A stretch of DNA of 64,000 nucleotides from Camelus dromedarius (Eukaryota): the NCBI RefSeq assembly GCF_036321535.1, contig NC_087447.1, positions 49,168,001 to 49,232,000 of the forward strand, in the 5' to 3' direction. The notes under the pieces were generated by a model. It ran no database searches, was not told where the DNA came from, and was given only the letters and a program-made list of their open reading frames with translations. Below are positions 50,531 to 63,279 of the stretch, one piece after another. The position numbers were made by a program, and so were the translations under genes. The first letter of the stretch is position 1. Each line of letters begins with the position of its first letter.

Positions 50531-52982
50531 TCTGGAATGAGGATTCTATAATATTTATTCTCTAATCAAAATATAAGCATAATTATTTACAACCAACTCT
50601 TGAGGACTTATGGTGGGCTGTAATATTGACTTCAACCTTGTGAACCCAAAACTTCTACCTTTTTTCTTTTGTTGAACATTAATTATTAATGAACTGATAA
50701 CCTACCAAATAGAAGTCATCATGCTGTGTTCAGGTGATACAGTGATGAAAATAAAGAAGGCAGGAAAAGTCCCTACCTTCTTAGAGTTTACATTTTACCA
50801 GGAAAATCAGATCTAAACAGTTGATTGTTGAATTATGATTGTGAGGAGTTCTTTGGAAAGATTACTGCTGGTCTTCATCTTAGATTTCATGTGTCTAGTT
50901 TGGGATGTCAGATCTCTTAAATCAAGTCCTGAAGCTCATGCCTCTACTTTGCACTCAAAGTTCCAACCATGTTGCTTTGGAAGTGCTGCTTTCTCCAAGG
51001 TTCTTTGCAGCAGGCTATTGCTCACATAGTTATTAAGCTTATTTTCCTCTTGTGTGCCTTAAGTAGTGGTTTTTCCTGACTCTTTTTAAGCTAGTTGTCT
51101 GGACTTCTGCTCCTATGTAGGACATAATAGGTCATGGTAGCCCAACACTTTCACTGCAACAATTAGACACAAACCTGGATAAATTACACAAATCACATTT
51201 TTTAAAATAAATTGGAGAAACATGAGTATAATAAGGATGAGATGAACTGGAACTCCAGGGAGGAGGGATCCTCCAAAGTGAACTGACAATCACCAGCTCT
51301 TTTCTTCTCTGGGAATATGATTACTCCCTCCCTGATTTTACTTGTGATAAAACATTTTTCATGCCACTGAATCATAAAAGTGCCAAACCTAGAAATGTCC
51401 AGCCAATTTTTTGTTTCTTTTCTTAGACAAAAGAGGGAAGGGCTTGCCCAAGGTCACACAGCCAGTGAGCCACAGAGCTAGGACCAGAACCCAGTCCTCT
51501 GACACTCAAACCAGGACTCTTTATTCTTTATTATGTTCCCTGGAGAATCCGGAAGCTTAAGTTATCATGTGGGGTGAGATTGGGGCAAAGATTTTCTCTT
51601 TTCTTCTCCAATTCTAAGATGATATTGTCAGCAACAACCATAAATTTCAATTTGTTCTTTAGTCTCTAGTGCGGAGGAGGCCTGATTCCCTGTCAGGGAG
51701 TGAAGGCTGGTAAAATGTCTTTCTAAAAGAAACACGGAACAGGCCACTCCATTGTGACTGCTTCATTGAAAGAAAAAAAAAAAGTATTCTAGAGGTCAGC
51801 CCCCATTATTCAGGCAGAAAAGCAAAACTCGTGCATCTCAATTTAAAAGAGTGAACTCTCAGCTAACCAAACTCAATCTGCCTGAGGCAATCACCAGGTT
51901 TCTTGCATACCCAAGCTCATGCAAACTACATCTTCCTGCATGTTGTTAGAGCTCAGAGAAGTCAATTTTGGATTGAATGTCACTGAGTTAAGCTGAACTG
52001 GGGTTTGAGGAGCAGAAACTCAGAGCTATCAAGTCCAATTGTACCCCTTCTTCTCCCTCCTCTGGTTCATTTCTATTAAGTGGAGGAGACAAAGTCTGAG
52101 TCTAAAGTCCAGAAACAGAGTGTCTTCTCAAGGCCAACCAACAAATTCACAGCAGAGATGGGTCTTAAACTCAATGTCCTGGCTCCCATCCAGTGTTTGT
52201 AAGGTTTTTTCATGAGAGAAGATGATTCCTTAGCCTGCCATTCAAAGCTTATCTTCTTGGAGCCTTATTTCTCCTGTCTCTAGTCAAATGGCAACTCCTT
52301 GCTCTTGCCTTGTTCCCTTTCCAAACTAAGCTTCAATGTTCCCTCCTCCAAGAGGTCTTTGCTGTCTCAGCTGGCTTGGCGGCTTCTTTTCCGAGCTCTT
52401 ACAGTTCCTGTGCTTTCCTTTGTCATCACTATGATCACACGGGGTTGTCTCTGTCTATTTATGTGTCTATGGCTCCATCAGACCAGGAGGATTTGCAGGG
52501 CTGTAATGGGGCCTAATTGTTTCTATTTAATAATGTACCACCACCCTTCTCAGGAGCTCAGTGCTGCAGCAACGGGAGCCAGGATGCAACTTTCCCATCT
52601 GGCTTCATTTTGGTGCTAAATTATAAAATTGGAATGAAGGGGTCATTAGCAAATCCCATTTCTTATACAGATGGAGAACACAAATGGGGGGCTCAGAAGC
52701 ATGCTGTGATTTGCCCAAGGTCACACAGTAAGTGGGTGACAAAATCAGAACTAGACTATCAGTGGGGCTGGATTATCACCTTGAGCCGAAGATAACCCAG
52801 CAATGAGCCCAGGCTGCCTCATCTACTTGGGGCCACAAGACAGACCAACCAGTTGAGGTTTATTTGCTCACCCCAAAGGCAGTGAAGCACTTTCCTTCCC
52901 TAAGCTTCTGTTTGGCAGATTGGGCCTGTGCAGCAAAGCATGTGGTTAGGACGCCAGCTAGACAGGAGCACTGAAAATGTTT

Positions 52983-53590
52983 TTGAAAGAATTTAGTGTT
53001 TGAGTTTTTTAAAAAGCATCATTTGATGTAGCATCATGGTGAAAATCAGAAAATTTCTGTATTTCTTTACATTTATTTTGTGGTTCAGATGAAATGATTT
53101 CATTTTGGATACATATTACGAGGGCAGGGTGTTTTCACTGCTTAAGGACAGTAAACATATTGTTAGAGGACCATTTCCTTGGTCAGGATTATCTACGAGC
53201 CAGTTACAGTGCTGGTGGGGGACAAAAAAACAAATTAAATTTCCTGAATGTCCAACCTGACACCTCACATTTCTCCTCCCACCATCCAGTCCTGCTGGGG
53301 AGTGGTTATGCCCTTTCAACAAATGAGAAACTGAGGGGTGAAGGACAGACCCTTGTTCAAGGCTGGTGAGGGCTGAGAGCAGAGGTTGTTCTGGAGCCAG
53401 CCTGCTGCATAGGACTGAGCCCTGCCTGGCAACCAAGAGTCCTGATTCCTGGGCCAGCTCTGCCACTCCCTTGCTGTGACTTTGGGCTTCTGAGCCTGTT
53501 TTCCCATCTGCAAAATGAGGGCTTTGGAAGAGATGATCTCCTCCAACTTAATAAACATTTTTGAGTGTCCCCTCTGTGTTTGGCCCAGTG
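52983..53590. repeat. Paralogous intronic segment, copy 2
   Basis: Colinear homology with 41020-41665, at a comparable position upstream of the OR ATG. Confidence 0.85.
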
Positions 53591-53968
53591 AGAAGTCGGA
53601 GATGAATGTCTCATGGTTCAAGCCTCTAAGCAGGGAGAACAAAATTCTCCCCTTCGATAAGCTTCTGTTGCACGCTTGAATCCTTATAGCTGTTGTGTCA
53701 TTACACTTCACTACAACTCCCAAATCCATGCTGTTCCCTGGTATTTCTGCTACCCTGTGCTATTCCCATAGAAGAGGAGCAGGATATGTGTGAATTACAG
53801 AGTTTGGGTTCATTAACTGGAGTTAGAATGTCTCAGGACCCTGACATTCACACATAAAGTGTGTGCTCCAGGGCTCCTCAGCATGGCTCTGCACACCCCT
53901 GGCCTCCCTGAGTCTGTCTGCCCACCCCAGCCTTTCTTGCTTCTAGACAATCCCTCCCAGCGCAGCTC

Positions 53969-54240
53969 ACCTGCCAAGTCTCATGCACCTTGGTGTCTTC
54001 TGTGGAGTTGCCACACTTGGCCCTGAGGGGGAGGTTGGGGCTGAGTCACAGCCCTTAAACCCCAGAGCCATGGCCTGCTGGGACACTCTCCTTCAAGTTG
54101 GCTCCCCCATGGGACCCCATACCTGCCACCTGGGAACAACTTCCTATGATGGAGCCAGGGACGTGGCCTGGGCTTTGCAGATAATGAAAACAGCATCATT
54201 AACTACCCTCATGGGCCACAGAACTTTATTGTTAATGGAG
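53969..54240 (-). promoter_or_regulatory. Putative OR2AT4 promoter and non-coding exon 1
   Basis: Minus-strand donor CAG|GTGAG (GT at 53970-53969), O/E(Ebf)-like CCCCATGGGA at 54105-54114, and homeodomain sites TAATGA 54182-54187, TCATTA 54196-54201, TAATGG 54233-54238. Homologous to 42290-42600, upstream of the first paralogue. Confidence 0.6.
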
Positions 54241-56154
54241 CAGTTTGATTCCTGTTTTCCTATCTGGTCTCACAACAGCCAGTAGGATTGTTCCTACTAT
54301 TTGACATTTGAGGAAACTGAGATCTGGAGAAGGAAAGTGACTCGAGTGGCTGGGGCAGAGCTGGGATTTGGACCCAAAACTCCAAATCCAGTTTAGCAGT
54401 TTAGCAGCCCATCATCTAATGGCTGAGACCTGAGTTCTTTCCAGTTTTGTCATTTTGGACAAATCCCTTAACTGCACGGAGCCTTCCTTTCCTTATCTAT
54501 ATAATGGGCTATGGGGAAGATTTCATGCTTAGCCTAGTGCTAATTAAGTGAGAGCTATTATGGTAATAAACCCAAATAGGCAAACCCTGTTGCATGACTG
54601 AGGTATAACTACTGCTGTTGTGCAATGAGGAACTTGCAAAGGTTCTGAGAAAGGAATGTGAGGTGGAGGTCTGTCCCCCAACCCCAGGCAGTGGCAAAGC
54701 CGAGTCACAGCCTTTCCTGCCTCAGGCTTTCTGATTCTCTTCTTTGGCTCCATAGCTCTCTATTTCTGACTCTGTCATTCTCTCATTAGTATGTATAACA
54801 TTTAAACAATTGAAAAAATTTCACAAGTAACAAATAAATCCCATTGTATTTTCCTCACTACAGAGCTTTATTAGGTAAAAAGTGGAAGTTTTCTTCACAC
54901 CAGCCCTTCCCATGTTTCCCCTTCTCCCCTCAGAGGTAATCACTGTTGCCGATTTGGTCAGTTCCTTTCAGACCTTTCCTAAACATGTGGGGTGTGGAGG
55001 GAGGGGATTGGTTTGTTTTCTTTTAGCATAAATTGGATTATTTGGTACTTATTGTGTCAATTATATTCTTTGTGTGTGTGTCACTTATATTCTAATGTAA
55101 TAAGTCTTAGCATTTTTCTGTCTGATCTGCTTCATTCTTTTATCTGATATTTCGTATATGATAGTATGAATATGACATAGTTTGTCTAATAATTTCCCTG
55201 CTGATGGACATTTGAGTTGTACCCAGTTATTGACATTATGAGCAATATTATCATTAGCATCCTTTCAACATGCATTTGGGGACACATATACCCAAATATT
55301 TCTCTGAAAGAGATCAATAGAAGTAGGAATTCTGGGCCAAGCAGTAAGCAGATTTTAAAATCTGCATGTGTGCTTGTATGGGGACAGTCCCAGCTTCAAA
55401 TCCCGAGGCTCTGAGAACAGTGAGCCACAGGAATGACTGAGATGACCTTGTTACACCAGTGCCGGATGCTGCTGCCCAGAACCAGGAGGAAACCAGGCAT
55501 AAGTAATTCATTGTAGCCCACAGACGAGACTTCCATAATAGGTCTCTGCAGTCAGTAGATCTACAACTACAGGATGCAAGATTACTAAGCCATTGGAACT
55601 TCATGGAAACCAGAAACTGGTACAGTAGAGGCTGCAGCCCCTTCTGATCTAATGAACTTCATGATGGAGCTGAAGATGGTTTGAGAAGTTTCTTTGAATT
55701 ACAAATAAGAACTATATGTGCCACCTCATCCTCTGCAGATCTCTCCCTCTGACTGAAGAGAGGAACTTGGGTTTGGGATAAATTTGTATATGTGAATGTT
55801 TGCTTCCGTATCATAAAGGTAAATGCTGAAGGTATTTAAGCGGGAGAAGGTCTAACCACTCTTAAATGAAAGGCAAAGAATTCTGCAGAATAACCAGATT
55901 GTTAGGTGGAGTCTTCTGTTTCTGTTTTTCAGACACTACAGAACTCCTTAGGAAACATCCAGAGCTAGCTTTTGGCAGCAGGAAGATAACTAAAGGCTTT
56001 CTGAGATGTTACAGATGAAACTAATTAAAGAACCCGGGAACTTGGGCCAGAAGTACTCACATGGAGTACAACAGTTGGTAGAAATGCAGTTAAGTCGGAG
56101 AAAACAAACACAAACCAAGACGTAAATTCCTTTTAGGTTTCCAATTTTATTTTA

Positions 56155-56690
56155 TGTTACTAATGAAAAGGAACCTAAATAGGAGAGCTAAACAGTTAGC
56201 TGAGATTTCCTTATGAAAAGCCAACATTCTAAGACTTACTATTATGACACTACAGGATAAAATATGATTTATTTCGTTACCTCTGAGAATAAAAATGTCC
56301 TCATACTTCTAGGAAATGACTGGCTCTTCTATAGCCATGGTGACAAATAGTCAGCAGAACTCTTTTTAAACCTGTTTCATTGTTCAAAGACAGCTTTGCA
56401 TCAGTACACACATTGCTAAAAGCCAGCAAGTCTCAAAGTCAGCCACCCAGCAACTGCTTCACTCCAGTAACCACACTTCTGTGGATAAAGGCAAACCCAC
56501 CCCTAGATACTCCCACTCCTGAGAGTCCACCAACCCCTGATCTCTACATTTTCCACAGCCTTACATAAGATCAGCTCCCTGTGTTGCTCAGAAACAAACT
56601 GTGCTAGAAACTACAGCATTCCTGTGCTTAAGCTAGCAATAAACTCAGCTTTTTGTTTCAGATGTTGCACGGTGGTCTCTCCTTTTAACG
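56155..56690 (+). mobile_element. Probable old ERV LTR
   Basis: tgttac start, TATA-like cataaga and aataaactcagcttt...ggtggtctct U5-like end, sandwiched between L1 pieces. Confidence 0.5.
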
Positions 56691-57190
56691 TTTCTTATTT
56701 ATGTCACTATATTTGGTAGTAATGTCCTTTCTTTCATTTTTGATTTTAGTAATTAGGTCTTCTCTCTTTTTTTCTTGGTCAATCTAGTCTAAAGGTAAAG
56801 GTTTGTCAATTTTGTTGATACATTCAAGGAACTGATTTTGGTTTTGCCTATTTTCTCTGTTGTCTTTCTCTTATCTTTTCATTTATTTCCACTCTGATCT
56901 TTATCATTCTTTTATGCCTACTGATTGCTTTGACTTTAGTTTGCTTTTCTTTTCTAGTTTCTTAAAGTTAAAAATTAGTTTCTTAATTTGAGATTCTTCT
57001 TTTTAAATGATAAGTATTTACAGCTATGAATTTCCCTCTAAGCGCTGTTAACAGGTACATCTCATAAGTTTTGGCATATTGTGTTTTCATTTTCATTCAT
57101 CTCAAAATATTTTCTGACTTCCCTTGTGACTTCTTTTTGAACCCATGAACTATTTGGGAGTGCACTGTTCAATTTCCACATATTGTGGAA
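56690..57190 (-). mobile_element. L1 ORF2 (endonuclease-proximal) fragment
   Basis: aaggtttgtcaattttgttgat, atttacagctatgaatttccctctaagc, cataagttttgg..tattgtgttttcattttcattc. Confidence 0.8.
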
Positions 57191-59166
57191 GTAGCTTTCA
57201 GTGACAGAGCTTTTATTATTTTAAAATAGCATAGAAAAAGTGGGCAGGTTATTTAAAACACATATTGCTTAGAACAAAAAAAAAAGCTACTTTAGAAATA
57301 ATGAAGTCTTCAAAGGTGAAACTAGACAAGGTTAGGGTGAACAATTCTGGGAATGTATTTGAAGAAAAAAAAAGGAGAAATAAAGGAAATTAAAGTGAAC
57401 TATGCTATTTGGAATATAAACAGAGAGCACAAAATAAGAATTTATTATGCTATAATCATTTTACTTACCATTAAGAAGATATAAAAATCAATGCAGAAAA
57501 AATGGTATTACATAAATATCGTTCTTATAATGGAATCAAAATCTTATGACTGCAGAAGTTTTTTCACTCTTTGTAAATGATAACTGAAGCTAGTGTTAGA
57601 GCTCAACATTCTAATTGAGTTTAGAAGTGTTTTAAACTATCTTTTGAAATTTTAAAATTTATTTCTTAATCTTCTTTTAATCTCTCTTTGCCTCCCAGTA
57701 ACACTGAGATATAAAATATAGCACATGGTAGGATCATGATATGCAAACTTAATACATGAAAGACACTGTATGTCATTTAGCTGACAGATTTGATTTTCCT
57801 GACAAGAAGCTTAGGTAGCCATATGTGAGGTCAGACTAGGTTTAAAAAAAAGAAATCAGATCATCTCTGCCTGTAAAACAATTTGGCTTATGTGATTATC
57901 CCAATGCTTAGCCTTAAAAAAAAAAAAAAACAAAACTCCACTGGGAAGAATCAGTAACATTAGGACCATTAGTTGTATATACCATGACTCAGGATAAGTC
58001 CCACACTTTTAGGTAAAAGTAAAATTGATTTTAAGAAAATATTTTCCTGGTGTGAGTGTATCTTATCTGAATTTAATGTAAGAAGATTCTGCAGAAGATA
58101 AACCTAACTCGAATAGGACCTTCATGCTGCTAGGCAGTCATCCTATATGTCCCTGGTTCTTTCCCTTGTCTCCTCTCTTACATGGCTTTTTCACACCTTC
58201 TATTCTCAATCCACCACTACTTCCTGTTGTCACTCCAGCCAGTCAAGAGAGATGTCCCATGGAGCCCCATCCCATCTTCACCCACCTACTACCATCTGTG
58301 CCTACACTGATGAGGAAGTCGATCTATTCCCGTAGATGAATGTCATGCTCCAAACTAAAGCCAGTCACTCCAACAGTTCTGCCCTCTGTCTCCCATCATC
58401 AACTTTTTTACTCTTTCCTGGATTAACCTATCAGCGCACAAATATGCTGTTATTTCTCCCGTGTTAAACAAAAACTTTATCTCTATAAACTACTTATTAA
58501 AATTTTAAAGTCAGGATGAAGAACCATATTATAGAATGCTACCATTTCTTTAAGACAGAATGGAAATATGGCCAAATAGTCATATTTTTAAAAATAAAGT
58601 CATGTTTATGTATTATACATATATGTGTAAATATATGGATTTGCTTATATTAAAAATGGAAAGAAAAACCATAAAATGAATAAAAATTATTTCTTTAAAG
58701 GAGATGCAACAGGTAGAGGGAGCAGGAATGAGGCTAGAATTCACTAAAAATGTCTTGTTTCATGATTTTGACTAAAAACTATTATACTTGTGACTTTAAA
58801 AGTCATGTATGAAAACCTTCATTACTATTTGCTGAAATTGTTGCTCTCTGCTAATGCCCTGGCTTAAAGTTCCATGTAAATGAGGCACTTTTATCACAAT
58901 TTGTTAAGGAAGATTTTCTTCCCTTTAACACATGCCACAAAAATATCACTGCCTCTCAATTTACTTTTCTGACAATGGTTTTCCTTTCTGCCTGTTTGGG
59001 GCACTGTAGTTCTGCCCATCCCTGATCCCTTTTTGACCTGTGTGATTCCTGAAGGGGACTGGGTATCAAAATCCTTTGGGTTTAGTTTAGTTCAATGTAA
59101 ACTCCATGTCTTACATTGGATAGGAGGTTGGGGGTGGGTCCAAGCTAAAACATCAGTCCCTCCTGA

Positions 59167-59801
59167 ACTCTAATTCAAGAAGATACATGAACCCCACTGT
59201 GCACCACAGCATTATGTTCAATAGCCAAGACATGGAAGCAACCTAAATGTCCATTGAGAGGTGACTGGATAATGAAGTTGTGGTATATTTATAAAATGGA
59301 GTACTACTTAGCAATAAAAAGAATAAAATAATGCCATTTGCAGCAATACGGATGGAACTGGAGATCGTCATTTTAAGTGAAGTAAGCTAGAAAGAGAAAG
59401 AAAAATACCATGTGATATCACTCATATATGGAATCTAAGAAAAGAAAAAAGAGTAATGAACTCATCTACAAAAGAGAAACAGTCCTGCAGACATAGTAAA
59501 CAATCTTATGGCTACTGGGGGAAAGAGGGTGGGAAGGGATAAATTTGGGAGTTTGAGATTTGCAAATGTTAACCACTATATATAAAAATAGATTAAAAAC
59601 AAATTTCTTCTGTATAGCACAGGGAACTATATTCAATCTATTGAAATAATCTTTAATTAAAAAGAATATGAAAACAAATATATGTATATATATGCATGAC
59701 TGGGACATTATGCTGTACACCAGAAACTGATACATTGTAACTGACTATACTTCAATTTTAAAAATAAATAAATAAATAAAAAATTTTTAAATTAAAAAAA
59801 A
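59167..59801 (+). mobile_element. 5'-truncated lineage-specific L1 with TSD
   Basis: L1 3' end with A-rich tail and a perfect 15-bp TSD atcagtccctcctga (59152-59166, 59802-59816). Confidence 0.92.
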
Positions 59802-60299
59802 ATCAGTCCCTCCTGACAGGTAGCAACAGGGATGCCACACCACATCCTGTACAGCACTGGAGTGAAACCTCTCCTTTTCCAAAGGGAGCAGCTCAGGGCT
59901 TCTGTTCAATCAGTCCATACCCACCATGGTGTTAACTCCACAAGGCCTCCCAGACAAACAGTAGCAGGTGCGTAGGTTAACAGTATTTATGGGAGACATT
60001 TTTACCATGGATTAAATATCACCCTGTGTGTTCCTGCCATCCCCTGTGATTCCCTTTGAAACAGCACCTACCACACGACATTGTGAGCAAATTGAGGGCA
60101 GCAAGGCAGCGACTGTCCCAATTTATCTTGTGTCTCTAGCGTCTACTATATAGACTAGTATTTCCCAAGTGCTCAGTAAAGACTTAAATGAATGAACAAA
60201 TGGAGAAAATTATATTCAGCAGCTTGATGCTTACTGTGGATGTGAAAACCACCACAATCCATTGTACCTGTGGGAAGACTTGGACCAAACATTGAGAAC

Positions 60300-61620
60300 T
60301 AGTATTGCAGCTTCTGCCCAATGGAATGATGCTTTACTAGAGTTTATTATGAAATACAAAACTCATATAGAGCAAAACTGTATAAAGCCTAAAATACACA
60401 GTTTATTTGTAAAGAGAGCACCATGTCACCATTATTCAGGGGAGAATGAAACATTGACAACACCTCATAAGCCCTTTGGTAGCCCTCTCTGATAATAAAC
60501 CTCTCTCTCTCCTGCGGAATAATCATGATTCTGATTTTTATAATAAATATGCCTTCTCTTTTCTTCATAGCTAGTGATATCTGTATGCATTCATAAAAAA
60601 ACGTGGTTTAGGGTTGCCTGTCTTTAAATTTTATACAGCTGGAATCATATCACATGTATCCTCTTGAGTTGTGATTCTTTCCCTCCATATTATGTGGGAT
60701 TCCTCTATGTCGTTGCATGTATATATAATTCCTTCATAGGTTATTGGCATAGAGCGTTATATTTTACGAACATTTCACAAATTGGAGAAATGCTGTTGTG
60801 CTAGATTATAGAGTATGTGTGTCTTCAACATTATAAGACAGTGAGTGATAGTGTTTTCCAAAGTAGCTGTACCAATTAACATTCCCACTTTCAATGCATG
60901 AGGGCTCCATCAACCCACATCCTTGCCAGCCTGGGTTATCATCAGACTTTGACATTTTAGCCAGTCTGGTTGTCTTCTAGTGGTGACTATCTGCTATTGT
61001 AATTTGTACTTCTATTACTGAAGAAGTTGTGCACATTTTCTAATATTTATTGGACATTTGTTTATTTCCTCTTGTGAAGTATTTTGTGCATTTTTCCAAT
61101 GGTTTGACTACCTTTTTTAAAATTAATTTGGAGTGATTCTCTATATATCCTGGCTATGAATCCTGAGTCTTTTAGTTGGTTATATGCATTGCAAATAACT
61201 TCTTTTGTCCTATAGCTTGGCTTTTCACTTTCTTTTTAGTGTCTTTTGATGAACAGCAGTTTTTAAGGCAGTCAAATTTATACTTCTTTTCTCTAGGTTT
61301 AGACCTTTCAAAAAATCTTATTTAAGAAAATATTTCCCCATCCCAAGACCAGGACTGTAGTCTCCTATACAGTTTTATAGTTTTGCCCTTCATATTAAGA
61401 TTAAGATTGATTTTTGTGTTTGAGGTGAGATACAAATTTCATTTTTTGACATATGGATATCTGAAAGTACTAATATCCTTTACTATATGTCCATCTTTGA
61501 CACTGATCTGCAGTGTCATTTATATATCCATTACCCGTATATTCAAGGGTATGCTTCTAGGCACTCAATTCTGTTTCATTGATCTATATGTCTATCTATG
61601 TCGTAATGACTAACCTCTTT
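60300..61620 (-). mobile_element. Old L1 (L1ME-like) 3' region
   Basis: gttttccaaagtagctgtaccaattaacattcccac; tatatgcattgcaaata..ttct; gtcttttgatgaacag; ttctgtttcattgatctatatgtctat. Confidence 0.75.
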
Positions 61621-61894
61621 GCATTCCCATCTTTATTACTATCTTAGCCTTATTATATTAAAAATCTATTTGATATTCTTAAGAAGATACTTTTTGTATT
61701 TTATCTGATATTTTTATTTTTTTCCACAGAAGGATTGAGTTCATTACCTAGCTTATCATTAATGGAAAGGAAAGTCCCAATGATATATTTCTGGCCCTGA
61801 TATAAGTCATTCTTTCCTTCAAAAAATTTTTTGATGACATTCTCTCTTCTTAGCACACTGGTATCCTGGGAGCAGAATTAACTACATCTAAGGA

Positions 61895-62860
61895 TTAAGG
61901 GTCTCCAGAATGCCCTGGGTCCTGGGGACATGCCATTTTGGTGATGGCTGCTTTCACATCCTTGTTCCTCAGTGTGTAGATGAGGGGGTTGAGGACTGGT
62001 GTGAGAATGGCAAACACCACGTTGCCCATGACGTGCAAGTCAAGGGGCAGGTCTGCCCTATAGGCCACATAGGCTATGGCAATGGAGGAGTAGTAGGTGC
62101 CAACCACCAGCCGGTGGAAGCTGCATGTGGAGAAGGCTTTTGAGCGTCCTTCTCGGGAGCTGATGCGAAGCACCGAGGCCAGGATGTGGGCATAGGAGAG
62201 AAGCACCAGGAGAAGGGGCAGGAAGGACACCACCATGGCGATGCAGAAGCCCATGAAGGCCTGGGGTGTGGTGTCAGAACAGGAGGCCTGGACCACAGCC
62301 AGGTGGTCACAGAAGCAACAGTAGATGTGAGCAGTGCTGTCAAAAGCCATGTGGGAGGTCTGCACCACTGCTGGGATGGGCAGGAGGAGGGCAGTGAGCC
62401 AGGCACTGGCTGCCAGTGCAGCATTGATCTGTGGGGTCATGAGGACAGGGTAGTGCACTGGGCGGCAGATAGCCACATAGCAGTCATAGGCCATGACCAC
62501 CAGGATGAAGGCTTCAGAGCAGGAGAAGCTGTGGAAGAGGTACATCTGCAGGAAGCAGGCAGGGAAGCTGAGGCAGCGGTCCCCAAGTAAGAGTAGGGAC
62601 AGCATCTTGGAGACAGTGGATGTGGTGAAAAGAATGTCCAGGGCAGAGAGGTTGATCAGGAAGAAATACATGGGCTTGTGGAGTCTGGGGTCTATCACCA
62701 CGGCCACCAGGATCAGGGTGTTACCAATCAGGATGAGCAAGTAGAAGAAAAGGAAGATGAAGAAGGCAGGGAGGAAAAGGAACTCCTGTAGAGAGGGGAT
62801 GCCCACCAACTAGAAGACAGGTAAAGAGTCTTCTGATCCATTACAGGCTGTGGCATCCAT
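61895..62860 (-). pseudogene. OR2AT-subfamily olfactory receptor, probable pseudogene (positionally like human OR2AT1P)
   Basis: The true ATG at 62860 (ccaccATGG) reads MDATACNGSEDSLPVF* with TAG at codon 17 (62810-62812). The ORF-track 304-aa frame starts at a TTG just after the stop. Conserved motifs are also damaged: MAYDCY instead of MAYDRY, and KAFSTCSFHRL instead of KAFSTCSSHLL. Confidence 0.92.
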
Positions 62861-63279
62861 GGTGGGACAGAGCTACATGTCAGGGTGACAGGCAGCAGGA
62901 ACATCTGGAAACTGAATGACACAGGAGTTTGGAATAAGAATTCTACACATTTCTCTCTGTTATTATTGCAATCCAAATCATTTATGACCAGGTTTAGAGG
63001 ACTGGTGGTACAATCCAATATTAATTCTTTCATCTTAACCCACAATTTACTCCTTCCTTCTTCCATTAAGTCTTTAGTAAGTAACTACAATGTTACAAAG
63101 CTGTGAGCAGGTAAACAAGGCACACAAGGCCCCTGCCTTCACAGGACTTAAATTCTACTAGAAGAATATATTTAAAAGCCAATCACACAGTTAATTATCT
63201 AGTGACAACTGAAAATGCATTGAAATAGCTTCTATCCCTTTTCTACTCCATGTCCCACACTATATTTTGGGTATCAGAT

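Noticed and set aside
38201..62744. Repeated overlapping ORFs (MHRHGGVLPAPS..., MLHWQPVPGS..., MGIGEKHQEK..., MTTRMKASE...) recurring at the OR genes
   Set aside because: These are alternative-frame or antisense shadows of near-identical OR coding DNA, not independent genes.
61895..62809. 304-aa 'intact' OR in the ORF track
   Set aside because: It starts at a TTG directly after an in-frame TAG; the real ATG is at 62860, so it is called a pseudogene.
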